This document shows positions 1-12,175 of a DNA stretch of 64,000 nucleotides, piece after piece. The DNA is from Octopus sinensis (Eukaryota), in NCBI RefSeq assembly GCF_006345805.1, contig NC_042999.1, forward strand, positions 171,802,001 to 171,866,000, written 5' to 3'. The position numbers and the translations under genes were made by a program. The notes under the pieces are model-generated. The model saw nothing but the letters and a program-made list of their open reading frames with translations. It was not told the DNA's origin and did not search any database. How positions within the stretch are numbered: position 1 is the stretch's first letter; every line of letters starts with the position of its first letter.

Positions 1-550
1 TTCAGGTCGAGTAGTACATCACTCAAAAAAGGTCCTTGAACAATGTTTGTTTCAGGATGATGAATGAAACATCCAAATCTCCAGGGCCAATTACTCAAAC
101 ACTATAGAATTCCTCTCACCTCATGGCTATGGTACTCCCTCACTACTTCTGCTCTTGATCAGAAATGCACATATAGTCAGCCACTAAGAGACATGACATG
201 CTCAATTGATTAATGTCAAACAATTGACACGTAAATCTGTGGTACTTAGCAAAATATTTGCTGTAGCCCATCTTTTATAGCAAGGCAAATGTACTCCAAA
301 GGATTCCTCTCAATACATGGCTATGTTGCTCCCACACTACTTCTGCTCGGGATCAGAGATGCACATATCGTCAGCCACTGAAATCCTCAAATAGTTTAAG
401 TTAAGCAACTAACAAGCGAATCTGTGGTATTGAGCAGAATATTTGCTATAGCCCATCTTTTGTACCAAGTCAAGGCAATGTACATGTTAACACTTCCGAT
501 CACTTAAGATCAGAAGCCATGACAGCCACTGCCATCTACTATATCAGGGC
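1..550 (+). mobile_element. 3' segment of an interspersed retroposon-like repeat with an internal ~190-bp tandem duplication
   Basis: 108-300 and 301-485 are diverged copies (GAATTCCTCTCACCTCATGGCTATGG.. vs GGATTCCTCTCAATACATGGCTATGT..). The segment runs into a (CAT)n tail. Family identity is from memory of octopus repeats only. Confidence 0.45.
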
Positions 551-552
551 TT

Positions 553-622
553 ATTATCATCATCATCATCATCATCATTGCTATTTGTAGCAGTAGCAGC
601 AGCAGCTGTAGTAGTAGTGGTT

Positions 623-674
<52 letters not shown>

Positions 675-682
675 CAGCAGCT

Positions 683-734
<52 letters not shown>

Positions 735-735
735 C

Positions 736-824
<89 letters not shown>

Positions 825-830
825 CAGCAC
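553..830. repeat. Compound trinucleotide microsatellite (CAT)n/(TAG)n/(CAG)n
   Basis: Directly visible; accounts for the poly-L/T/V/Y ORFs at 510-840. Confidence 0.97.
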
Positions 831-1384
831 ATTGAAACATTAGTATGATAAGTTATATATATTAGGCTTGGCTTTAGTTTTTACTCGTTAGCAAGATACC
901 AGAATACAATAAGAACAAATACACCAAAAAAGGAATTTCTTTATTTTTTGCTGTATTTCTCATTCTAATGTAGAACGTTGTATAAAAAAATATTATCATT
1001 GCAACACATTAAGCCAAATGATTTTGGCAGAAGTTTTACTCTCGTTCTCGTCTCATTGTTGTCGTGTATTAGTTTTTTAATCTTTGTCTCAAAGGCTTTG
1101 ATTTTTTTATTACTTGGCCTTATTCCTGCTGATTTGGCATTAGTGACTACAGAGCAATTGAAAGTTATGTCATCACTTCATTGCAATATATGTCTGTAAA
1201 TCGGATATTCGAGATCAAAGTAATCATCATTTATATTGTCCCCTAGATACAGTACATGCTTTTAAGTATCATCTTCATCATCATCATCATTAGTTATTTG
1301 TCTCTCAATTTTGCTTCCATTTCTGGCTGAATGTCCTTCAGAAACCTTCGGTCTCTAATTTCGATGTTGAGGCTGTCAGTGAGA

Positions 1385-2545
1385 TCGGAATCTTCGTCCG
1401 ACGAGCTATCATACCCATTTTTGCTGGATATGAGATTTACGTTTCTCCATGCCAAGCAGGGATGGGGGTGAGGAACTGCAGTGTTGTTCCGGAAAGATCT
1501 AGATCTGGAACCGGAAATTTGGTTGATGAACCTAGATATGAACAGTAACGAATGGATGGTCTGAAGGCCGTTTTGGACACAAGTTTACAATGCATGGGAC
1601 TAGTTGTTAGAAGAGGATGGTGTAAAAGCCTCGCAAACCTGCTCAGACGTTTTCACTGCCTGAGGCTATCGACTCCATTTCTCGAATGTGCCAGTGGGCA
1701 CATGGACGAACCGTATCAAGTCATCTAGATCATACCTAGCTAGAATATTTGTAGACCAGCAGAAAATTATAGCCTAAATTGTTCTCTTTTTAAAAATCGT
1801 TGGTTACAACGACCACAAACTTTTGACCTGGTCAGTCGAGTTAGAAAGTCTTCGTAGGCAAAGACCCGAGTACTGGAAGTTCAACATCCCACCCCCGTTG
1901 TGCCAAGCTTACAAAGATCGGATCAGCGAATTACTTAAGCAAGTGTTGAGGAGATCATTCGTCAACTACAAATGGTAGTTTGCCTTGAAAAGGGGAACTA
2001 CAGCAGAATCGATTAGTTTTATTAAGTCATTAGTAATAAAAAGAAATCAGAGGAAAACTTAGAAACTTAGAAGGCATTGCAAGCAAAGTACTCGCAATGA
2101 CATTGGCCCTGGATTAATTCTTCAATGTTAAGTAAGATGCACTGTCAGATCTAACGAAAATGTGGAAACGAAAGCTGATGTACGATGGTCCCGAGTGGCA
2201 TAATTGCAAAGTGGCAACAAAGGCACAAGTAAATCTTTAGTGAACCAAAATGGGCGCATAGTATTCGAGTCCGAGCAGATACGTTTAGCACTTCAGCAAG
2301 ATTTCGCCGAAATGTTTGGAACAAATGGCAGGTTGTAATGCAAGATAGACTTCAGTGCCTACTTCGACAACATTCTACGGCTGTTGGCATGGGGTGCAGA
2401 GTGCTGCGACCGGCCAGTTACAACTGCAGAAGTATGAGATGCAATGGTGGGCTACACGGAGAAAACCCGCCTGGTTTCGATGTTCTGCCTACGAGCTTTA
2501 CTTTAAAATGCAACACTTGTTTGGCAGCTTCTTAGCACATGTTGG
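1385..2545 (+). mobile_element. Degenerate Tx1/L1-clade LINE ORF2 remnant (APE endonuclease to start of RT)
   Basis: Broken frames give GYEIYVSP..TAVLFRK, SYLARIF (SRLDRIF-like), NDHKL (SDH motif), PEYWKFN (YWKLN linker) and PPGFDVLP/YELYFKMQHLFG (KSPGxDGLPxEFY-like). Many stops and frameshifts. Confidence 0.75.
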
Positions 2546-3569
2546 CGATGATGATGATGATGATAACGGCAACGATAATGACGACGACTGTGGTAGTGGT
2601 GGTGGTAGTGATGATGATGGTCACTGTCTTAGATGAACATGTTATTGAATTTACGGAAGTTTGTGCTTAGTTTTCCCCTTCACGGGTTGTGTTTATCAAT
2701 TCTATTAGGTCATCTTGTTAATGCGATCAGGACTGTAAAGAACTACTGCACTGCTCAGCTCCTTTTTTTTACTCATCCATGAGGCATAATTTCGGAAGGA
2801 AGTATATTTCAAACGAAGGAAGTATTTTTAAAGCTGTCTTTCATACATTCATCTTTCCAAATGCCAACAGTAGGCGAACAAGAGTGGTAGCTTTGAATAT
2901 GAAGCAGTCGTTTGCATTCAGTAACACCCAGCACACAACAGTAGAAATTATTAAAAAGAGGGGCCAAGTCATCAATAGCAGCAAGAGAAACAACAAGAAC
3001 AACAACAATAATGGCAACAACAGCAATGCTGATATGTCCAGCAGGAATAGCAGAGAGAAGCTTGAAATCTCACGACGTCAGTCACAATGACACCAGCGGG
3101 AGTTAGGTATGTGTGTGTGTGAGTTTAACTGATAAGACAGTGTGAGAACAAAAGCTTCGCAAACCCGTTTTCGAACGTACCAATATGTTTTTGGACAAAC
3201 TATATTGTTTCATCCAGACCTAAGTAGATACAGTTTTCTTTATATCAGTAGATGCGAATAACATAGTTCAAACAGCAGTCAGCTTTACGAACCACACATT
3301 TTTGTCTTGAAAGGTCAACTTAGATAGTGATGTATTTTTTTTATACAAGGACACTGTTACAAGAAGGTCAATACACTTGTCTCGGTGTACCAAGCTTACA
3401 GATAGCGGATGAGCAAAATAATAAAGTTGATTTTAATTTGGACACTCTTCAACTACCTGTGCTGTCTTGACACGAATTTAGGCGATTAGATAGAGTTGAT
3501 ACGATTCCGTATAGGTATAGCAATAGAGAAAGTTAGACGAAAAAAGGGAAAAGATTATTCGACAACATA

Positions 3570-3737
3570 ACATGGCAGTCCTGGTTTAGCACGAATGTTA
3601 CTGTAATTTAGCCCCAGGAGACATCATCTCCAGCTGGCTATATGACACGATCTGGCTACACGACACGATCGAGTAGGAGATGATGTCTCCTGGGGATAAA
3701 TTACAGTGGCATTCGTCCTAAACCAGGACTGCCATGT
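3570..3737. mobile_element. MITE, 168 bp, ~62-bp terminal inverted repeats, TA target duplication
   Basis: Left arm ACATGGCAGTCCTGGTTTAGCACGAATGTTACTGTAATTTAGCCCCAGGAGACATCATCTCC matches the reverse complement of the right arm with a few mismatches. TA at 3568-3569 and 3738-3739. Confidence 0.8.
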
Positions 3738-4359
3738 TACGTTGGCAAGCAATCTTTACTACAAAGTACTGTTTCTGAATATCTCACGTTGTGAGATTTA
3801 AAAAAATAGTAATTTTCTAAAAGAGAGACGTTTAGAAACACGGAAGAAGCGCTTGGGAAAGACGTTGGAGCCAAAACGCATGCGGCAGATTTCATTTTTG
3901 TCCAACTCTTCAGTGTAAATAAATATGACTGTATTATCGGTAGTAAGGCACATACTCTAAAATGCAAAGATGGCTGTTTGATGTACAGTGTCAGAAATGC
4001 GTCATGTCAAATCTAAATTTGCTCTTTGTTTGATCATTATAATAGCGGGCTACACAATCACAAAGAGATTTGTGTGGTTGTATAGCCGCATATTGCTCGA
4101 TTAATTGGGGAATGTCATAGTCAGAAGCGCAGTCGATGACTAAACCGGCCACCCCACAGAACATGCTTTGTGAGGAGAATGCTTTTTGCGATTTGGTCAC
4201 CGTGGAGGATGGAATATAAGACATGACTAAGGGCGGACGAACTGAGGAGTCAACGGCCTTCCAAATAACAACAAATTCACCATTGATTACATGCGGAGCA
4301 CTGAATTCTAGGTTTAATGTCCAGCGCAGAATAGCTCACTTAAACTGCTAGATAGAATA

Positions 4360-5979
4360 ATGAATAATATAATTAACACAAACAACTGCGTAAATGAGGA
4401 CGGAGCTAAACGTGACGGACTTTCGCCCAGAAAGTGCCCTGTGGGTGAACATCACAGGCAAGGTCGTCATTATACGGCTACTAGAACTAAATGGACTGAG
4501 ACGGTGAATATAGCTGTCATAGAATGTTATTTTTTGAGTAGAACCACTGATAATGAAGGGAGACCGATAAAAGGATATAGAAAGATGATGCATAACATAT
4601 CGATAGAGAAGCAGGGCTCAGATATTGCGGAACAGTGGCTCTGGGATCAGATAAGAGCAATACGGAAGAAAGGATGGTTAACAGTACTAGAGAATTGATG
4701 TTCGAATACACGAAGAGCGATGCAGAAATAGATTCAGAGAATGCTGACGAAACTGCACTTAATGAGGGGTTTCCGGGAGAAGTATATCTCAAGCTCTGAG
4801 TCTAGAGAAAGACTAAATAATGAGGACAAAGTAATGATAAGAAAAGTGTTTATCAACAGCTGAATGGAAAGGTTAACAGCAGTGAGAGACTAGACGTTGA
4901 AGAAAGTAAAATGCTTTGGAGTAACATCTGGTATATAGGCAGTAAGCATACGAAAGCTTTTAAATGGTTGAAGGAATGAAGATCGGAAAAATATGAGGTG
5001 AAAGAGAGTAGTATTAGAATAACGACTGATATGGCTACCGAACAGACAACAAAGATCCCAAACTGGAAATGCCCAGGACCGGATGGGGTGCAAGGATATT
5101 GGCTGAAAAATTTCCCAAAACTAAGGAGAAGAATAGCCACGCAAGTGAATAAAACGATCGACAATGGTGTACAAATCCCAAAGTGGCTGTCCACAAGTAA
5201 ACAAGTTCTTTGCTAAATGGATATCAGCAAAAGCAATGCAGAGAATAATTACTGGTCCATGCTTGCCTGTTCCTGATGCTGAAGCTGTTGACAGGATTGA
5301 TATCTAATTATCTGTATAACTTCCTGAAAATGAATGACAAACTGGTAGCGGAACAGAAAAGGTGAGGTTGGAAAAGCCGAAGGACAAAATATAATTTTCA
5401 AGTAAACGGGAAGGTATTGAACGACTGCAAGAAAAGTCTTACTAATCTGGGCATGACGTGGATCGATTATAAGATAGCGTATGACATGGCTCCTCATTCC
5501 TGGATATTAGGAAGTCTTGAGTTTGTGCAGGTGTCTGATAAAATACCAAATTTTATTAGGAGATCAATGAAAAACTTGAATATGGAGTTAACTTCACGTG
5601 GAAAATTTTGGCCGGCGGTTAACATCGAGAAGGCATATTTCAAGGAGATAGCCTATCACCATTGCTGCTTGTGATTCGTAGAATACTCCTCTCACGGGTA
5701 CAATGGAAAATGACATCAGGATTCACTTTGAAAAGTGGAGGAAAATTAAATCATCTGTTATATATGGATGATGTAAACATCTTTAGAAAGACCAAATGTA
5801 AAATAAAATCAAGGATAGGCGCGGGAGTGGCTGTGTGGTAAGTAGCTTGTTTACCAACCACATGGTTCCGGGTTCAGTCCCACTGCGTGGCATCTTGGGC
5901 AAGTGTCTTCTGCTATAGCCTCGGGCCGACCAATGCCTTGTGAGTGGATTTGGTAGACGGAAAATGAAAGAAGCCTGTC

Positions 5980-6031
<52 letters not shown>

Positions 6032-7633
6032 GTGTGTCTGTGTTTGTCCCCCTAGCATTGCTTGACAACCGATGCTGATGTTTACGTCCCCGTCACTTAG
6101 CGGTTCGGCAAAAAGAGACCGATAGAATACGTACTGGGCTTACAAAGAATAAGTCCTGGGGTCGATTTGCTCGACTAAAGGCGGTGCTCCAGCATGGCCG
6201 CAGTTAAATGACTGAAACAAGTAAAAAGAGTAAAAAGAGTAAAGAGAGAGTATATTGAGACTAATGGATATAAATAACTAGTTATTTTAGAATGCGGTAA
6301 GTTCAAAGTAAGTGAAATGAAGGGAAGCTTTAGGCGAAAATATCTCAGAAGAACCAAGTTAATTATGGGAAGTAGACACGATGGAAAAACAAAATCAGAA
6401 CAATAAACACATGGGCTGTTTCCTTAATGAAATACGACACTGGTGTTATTAGGTAGACAAAGATCGAGCTTGAGGAAATTGACAGGAAAATTAGAAAAGT
6501 GATGACAATTAACAAGGAAATACACCCCAAAATTGATAATGACAGATTGTATGTGCCTAGAAACAGAGGTGGAAGAGCTGTGTTGTCAAGCAGAACAGTC
6601 TACGATAAGCTACAGAGTCAATCAGTGCTTGCCGCTGTTAGAATTATCAATATAATACCTACCGAAAATGCAATGCACCCAAAAACATTTGAGTAGCAAG
6701 ATGAAGAAGAAAGAGTAAACAACTGGAAAATGAAACCACTGCAATGCCACAGAGAAATCAAAGGAAAAGAAAAGATTAACACTTGGAGATGGCTAAGAAA
6801 AAGAGATCTGAACGGATCACTTAGGCATTGATATGCAGCGCTGAGGAACAAGCTCTGAGGAATAATTACACCAAATTCGAAATAGATAAGAGTAGCGAAT
6901 CGTCCCTTTGTAAGATGCGTGGCAGCAGATACGAAACAACCTCACATATTGTGAGTGAGTGTAGCAAGCACTACAAAAGCCAAAAAGCACTACAAAAAGC
7001 AATACAAGCCAAAAAGCACTACAAAAGGAGGCACGATAACCTAGCTTAGTTCGTCCACTGAAGGTTATGTGAAAAGCACGGCCTGAAAAGAGCACGGAAA
7101 GGATACGAAAGTGAACCAGAGTGAGTCACCGCGAATAAGGGATTTTACAATCCAATATGACATCTTAATCGAGGCTCGGAAACCAGATATTCATGTAGTA
7201 GATAAAGAAAGAAAGGAAACCAAGATCATAGATATTGCAATACCTGAAGATGCACGCACAAGTGACAAAGTATTAAAACAGATTGAAGAAAAGTACAGAC
7301 TACTAAAGGACGAAATTACAAGAATGTGGACTATGAGGAGAATATCAGTCATTCTAATAGTTGTAGGGGATACTCGGAGCACCAATAACCAGTTTCGAGA
7401 ATATGTCATAGAAATCGGAATTGCCATGAGAGCAGAGTAAGCCGCATAACTGCTCTGCCGAGGACACCTAAAAATTTAATATTGGTACTTGCATGTTGAA
7501 TGTCTCCCACGATAATTAACAATCATGTATCAAAGCTTATAACATGTGGTAAGAGATCATGCGAGACTTCTGGCTGCAGGCTTCTGCCCACTCTCCAAGA
7601 ATCTACCAGAACAAACACGACCGAACATTCTGA
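4360..7633 (+). mobile_element. Near-full-length degenerate R4/Dong-clade non-LTR retrotransposon (RT, CCHC knuckle, restriction-like endonuclease)
   Basis: N-terminus KWTETVNIAVIECYFLSR..GYRKMMHNI..DQIRAIRKKGWL. RT motifs WKCPGPDGVQGYWLK, WIDYKIAYDMAPHSWI, GIFQGDSLSP, NHLLYMDDV, INTWAVS, DRLYVPRNRGGR. Knuckle ETTSHIVSECSK..YKRRHDN. RLE RKPDIHVVDK..IIDIAIPED..EKY. ORF ends near 7499; many frameshifts. Confidence 0.92.
5817..6245 (+). mobile_element. tRNA-derived SINE (family 1, internal (TA)n/(TG)n) inserted in the R4/Dong RT
   Basis: A-box-like GTGGCTGTGTGGTAAG, B-box-like GGTTCAGTCCC, central microsatellite and 3' AAAAAGAGT repeats. RT motifs resume after 6245. Confidence 0.88.
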
Positions 7634-7787
7634 GAAGAAGAAGAAGAAGAAGAAGAAGAAGAAGAAGAAGAAGAAGAAGAAGAAGAAGAAGAAGAAGAAG
7701 AAGAAGAAGAAGAAGAAGAAGAAGAAGAAGAAGAAGAAGAAGAAGAAGAAGAAGAAGAAGAAGAAGAAGAAGAAGAAGAAGAAGAAG
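7633..7787. repeat. Perfect (GAA)n tract of ~51 units abutting the R4/Dong 3' end
   Basis: Directly visible. Confidence 0.98.
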
Positions 7788-10700
7788 GATTATAATACTA
7801 AGAATATTATGTATTGCTACAGACGTCAAACAGATTTAAGTTGAATTCGTATGAGATTCGGTTTATAGAATGCGCCGAGGCAAATTTTAAGAGCACAGAA
7901 TTAATACGAAACACTAATATTATGTGAGATAAGGAAACGGATATAAAAGAATTAGACGAAACAAGACTTAGAAATTTTGAGCAAAGAACTAAATAGTCGG
8001 CGTACAACATGCGCAAATGAAGGATTACATAGAGAATACATGCTATAGACGCATTGGATTAATACTTAATACAGAAGGAAAAAAGCAATAAATCATCAAA
8101 AATAGAGTTATAACCGATATAAGCTGCTGTTTTACTAATCTTAAATAGACGTTAAGCGAATTAGTAAGAATAAAAATACAGAGAGATAACAATCCCAACA
8201 ATACTGCCAAATGTATGATACAGTTTACAATAGAATTCAACATATACCAACCCAGCTCTGATGTAGAATTATAACTTACATTGTGAAAGTTTGTATCCAC
8301 CACGAATGCAAAAATGCAGCACAAGTGCAAAAATTACTGCTTTGTAATATACATACAATTGATAACGACGATGATGAGAAGGTTCATTAACCTGGTTAGC
8401 AGAAGGGCTGTTAAAATATAAAAAAAATAAAAACACTGAATGAAACGCCAATTAATGATTGATAAGAGGTTATTGCGAAAGGGCAGAAAGAGAATGTCTA
8501 GTTCATGCATTGTATGGATCGGTTGCAGAAAAGTATATAATTTAGCCTCGCATTTGAGGATCACTCTATACCTAGAACTATTCAAGAACTTGTAACTTAG
8601 AACATACAGTGTGACATCAAGGGAGGGAAGACAAACACGTTTCAGACTGAGTAAAATATGTGGTTTATAAGGCTTTTGATTCAGTATAGGGTTGCACTTG
8701 AAATGTTGCTGAGGGACGGCTTGGTAAGTTGCTTTTTATGTAGTAGCGGGCATAAGTATTTGGATAAATTCAGAGAATCAACGGATTATATTTCGTAGAA
8801 GGGTTAAGATAAAACCTTAAATATTCCTTCAAGAAACGAATCAACTGCATTCCCAGTAGCTTGATGCTTGTGACAATCGATGTATAAGTTACTTATTTGG
8901 ATGGGAGCTGCATTGATGTTGAATGGAAAAGCTTCAGAGTGTTTGTTAACTTATTTATAACGTCATATTGCTTGTTGATTATATTTTACAGACACCAGAT
9001 CAGAAATTGAGTTGAGGACATATGTGCTATGGATTGAATTGCCTGTGTAGTGATTTTGTGCTGATTAAAGATTTCTATCTTTTCTTGTAATACCATGCAT
9101 AAGCAACTATGATTTAGTTATAGGAAATGTGAGTAATATGGGCGTAATCACTTTGATGCGCTGCTTCTTCATTTCCACAAAGTGAGCCGTACTGGCGTGC
9201 CTTATATTCCTGAAATGCATCTGCCAGTTGTTTGTGATTCTCATATCCCTCGTAAATCAAATTACTTAAATCAAATTCCGTAAATCAAAGTCCATCGTAA
9301 ATCAAATTCCTTTAACCATGTTTATTGTAAACGCTCCATAACTTATTCAAATGCACAATTCCCAGTACTCATTTCAACTACGCATATGTAATAGCTTGGT
9401 CATGTTCCAGACCTAGATTAAACCCGTGAGTGAAATGCGAAAATGACTGGAGAAGGTCAGGTCATATTACGTAATGGCCACTTGACATGTGTTTCAAATG
9501 CTCAGCTCAGTTATTCAAGACAGTTCAGATCAAATCAGATCTAAGAGCAATTCTGCAAGTAATTCTCTCTCATTGAGACTGTGGGGGAGATATATCTCAC
9601 GGGTCAAACCAATGTTAAGTGCAATGTGCGGATGACTGAAGGGCATATCCGTTTTTGTGTTATAATTATAGTAATATAACAATATATATCTTACTATTGA
9701 TTAGCTCTTATTGGATAAGAGATACGACACGAAGTGTAAAAATTAATTAATATAATTATTCATTTTATAGTTATCTGTTATGTAATTATGATTTATGTTT
9801 TTATGTGTGCACATGAAAACGAAACCACAATCAGCATTATCGGTAGTTATTTGTGCTCTCATAGTTGTGTTTTCTCTTAATTATCCTGAAGTCAATCGCC
9901 ATAGTATAATTATCTTCATGTAGCCATGCTAGTGACAGCTATCGTGATGGGGATAAACCGACGGAAAATTCATTCAAAGCGCTGATATGGATGTCTCCTT
10001 TGTTGAGAGTACGATTTCTTAAATGTAAAGCGACATAGAAGCATTTTCAACAATGGAAATTGTTAGAATAAAAACATAAGAACGAAGGATGCCCTCGGTA
10101 TGTAAAGTCTTCTTAGAAGACAGACTTAAGAAGCGTTTGTTTCTATAAGAAATGTGCTGCGAAATATAGAAATCCCAAAGCTGAGATTGGAGGAAAATGT
10201 TCCATTGTTTTTCAGAGAATCCTGTTGACCAGAGGAGCCAGCATTGGATAAAGAAAGACAAATTGAAGAATGTACAACTGGGGTGGATTTTGGAGCACAA
10301 AACAGATCGTAAGAGTAAATTGGTTCAAGAGATTAACAGATAAGTATACCCGTTCACCCATATGTAAAATATCAACAAATGCATATGAAATTACAGATTT
10401 CCATCTAGCTCAGTATGAATACAAACATGGGAAAGCAATGTGAAATCGATACAACACCTCACTGCAATTTTTGCAAGGCATTCAATTTTGCATGCATTGA
10501 CAGCGCTGTATAGATTCTGCGGGAAATAAAATTAATGACTTCGAAAGAAAATGAAATGTAGTGGTATGAGGTATTTCATTGCAAACTGAGAAAAGAACTG
10601 AAAACACACTGCCAGATATTGTTATCGGTGATGGAAGAAAGCTAAACTTGTAGTCAACATGACCTGCTCATTGATAAAAAAAAAACAAATATCAAGGAAA

Positions 10701-10877
10701 ATAAAATATAATAGTACTTTACCAAACTGAACTATGAAGTTTTCCATTGCTAGAACGAACAAATGAGCAACATTAGGATCCACATATTATGATAGCAGCC
10801 TCGGGAAAATTTGATAGCGTATCTGGTGAAGTTAGTTCTGAAACTGGGAGTTATACGGCATAAATATAACAACACCC

Positions 10878-10920
<43 letters not shown>

Positions 10921-10926
10921 TAATAA
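10878..10926. repeat. (AAT)n microsatellite
   Basis: Directly visible. Confidence 0.95.
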
Positions 10927-12009
10927 TGGTGAAAAATGACATCAACAACAATAAAAAGTAAGGAGTACAGTAATAATAATTACATAAAAAATCCGTTTGT
11001 TTCTTTTAAGTGCTCTTCCTTTTAAACCATTAAACCGTTACATCTTAGTTGATTCACTTCCAAAGGGGAATGAATGCATGTTTTGTGAGCTAATATGAAG
11101 AAAAGAGAACGAGTAAAATTGCAGAAAGGAAAATAAAAGCAGAAAATTTCGTTAAGAGCAACGATGACGACAACGAGGGCAACTGTGACGACGATAGTGA
11201 TAATGATGATGACGACGATGAAAATGATGATGACAGCAACGTTGACGGTGAGGATGATGGGGATGATGACGTTAAGAACAGGTTGTAGTTGATGAAGAAA
11301 TAAAAAATAAAATACGAGCTGCTTTAACTTGCACAAACTATAACGTAAATTTATTGTGAAAGCGATTTCCAATTATAATACATCTTCTTTGTGAAGGTTG
11401 CCACCAGCCATTTGGAAGAAGCCAAATTCCTTGATCTATCCAACCTGATCTTGGCAAATAAATGGAATAACAAAACAATAAAAAAAAAGAACTTTGGCAG
11501 TAATCCACAGGCAGTGATATTTTTCGTAACGATATACGAAGGTAGGATAAAAAATAAATAGAAAATAAATATAAGATAAATATAAAACATCCATAATTCA
11601 TGGGACGAGGAAAAATAACGAAGTACAAATGAAAATAAAAATAGAAAAAGAACAATAAATAAATTTACTTGTATAAAATATTGTAACGGAAGCAATTTTC
11701 TACTAAAAGATTTTTGCCACCGGAAATCTTTTATATTCAGAATATTTGTTAATGGTAGCATGAAAGTAAAAGTTCGATAATAAGTGGAGATATAAAGAGA
11801 GACATAAAATATATATGTTAACAATTTATTGGCATAAAAAAAAACGACAGAAAAATACGTTGTGAGAAATCATAATGTGAAGGCAAAGTTATGAAACTGA
11901 AATGTAAAAATAGTGGCGTGTAAGTCATCGAAGATCTTAGCAAGTCGAACAGTTTTTTAGAACACATGTCTAGTAGCTCACATAGGTGAGAGTTCTTGTG
12001 TACACACAC

Positions 12010-12105
12010 ATATATAATAAATATACATATATACATGTGTATATATATGTATATATACGTATATATTATATGTATATATATATATATATGTATATCTATA
12101 TATAT

Positions 12106-12172
<67 letters not shown>

Positions 12173-12175
12173 CAT
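12010..12175. repeat. Imperfect (TA)n tract, representative of many similar (TA)n/(TG)n tracts (e.g. 16255-16450, 17708-17920, 20520-20815, 22545-22820, 39190-39560, 44030-44165)
   Basis: Directly visible; source of the YI/IY/CV-repeat ORFs. Confidence 0.95.

Noticed and set aside
510-840. Poly-L/T/V/Y ORFs, and similar poly-K/R/E, poly-I/S/H and YI/CV ORFs across the window
   Set aside because: They are translations of microsatellites, open only because the repeat lacks a stop in that frame.
8991-9128. Good acceptor (TTTTACAG) and donor (GTGAGT) pair
   Set aside because: All three frames contain stops; there is no support as a coding exon.
11398-11541. Open stretch VATSHLEEAKFLDLSNLILANKW..
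   Set aside because: Weak AAG acceptor and no recognisable family; it does not join the neighbouring candidate exons.
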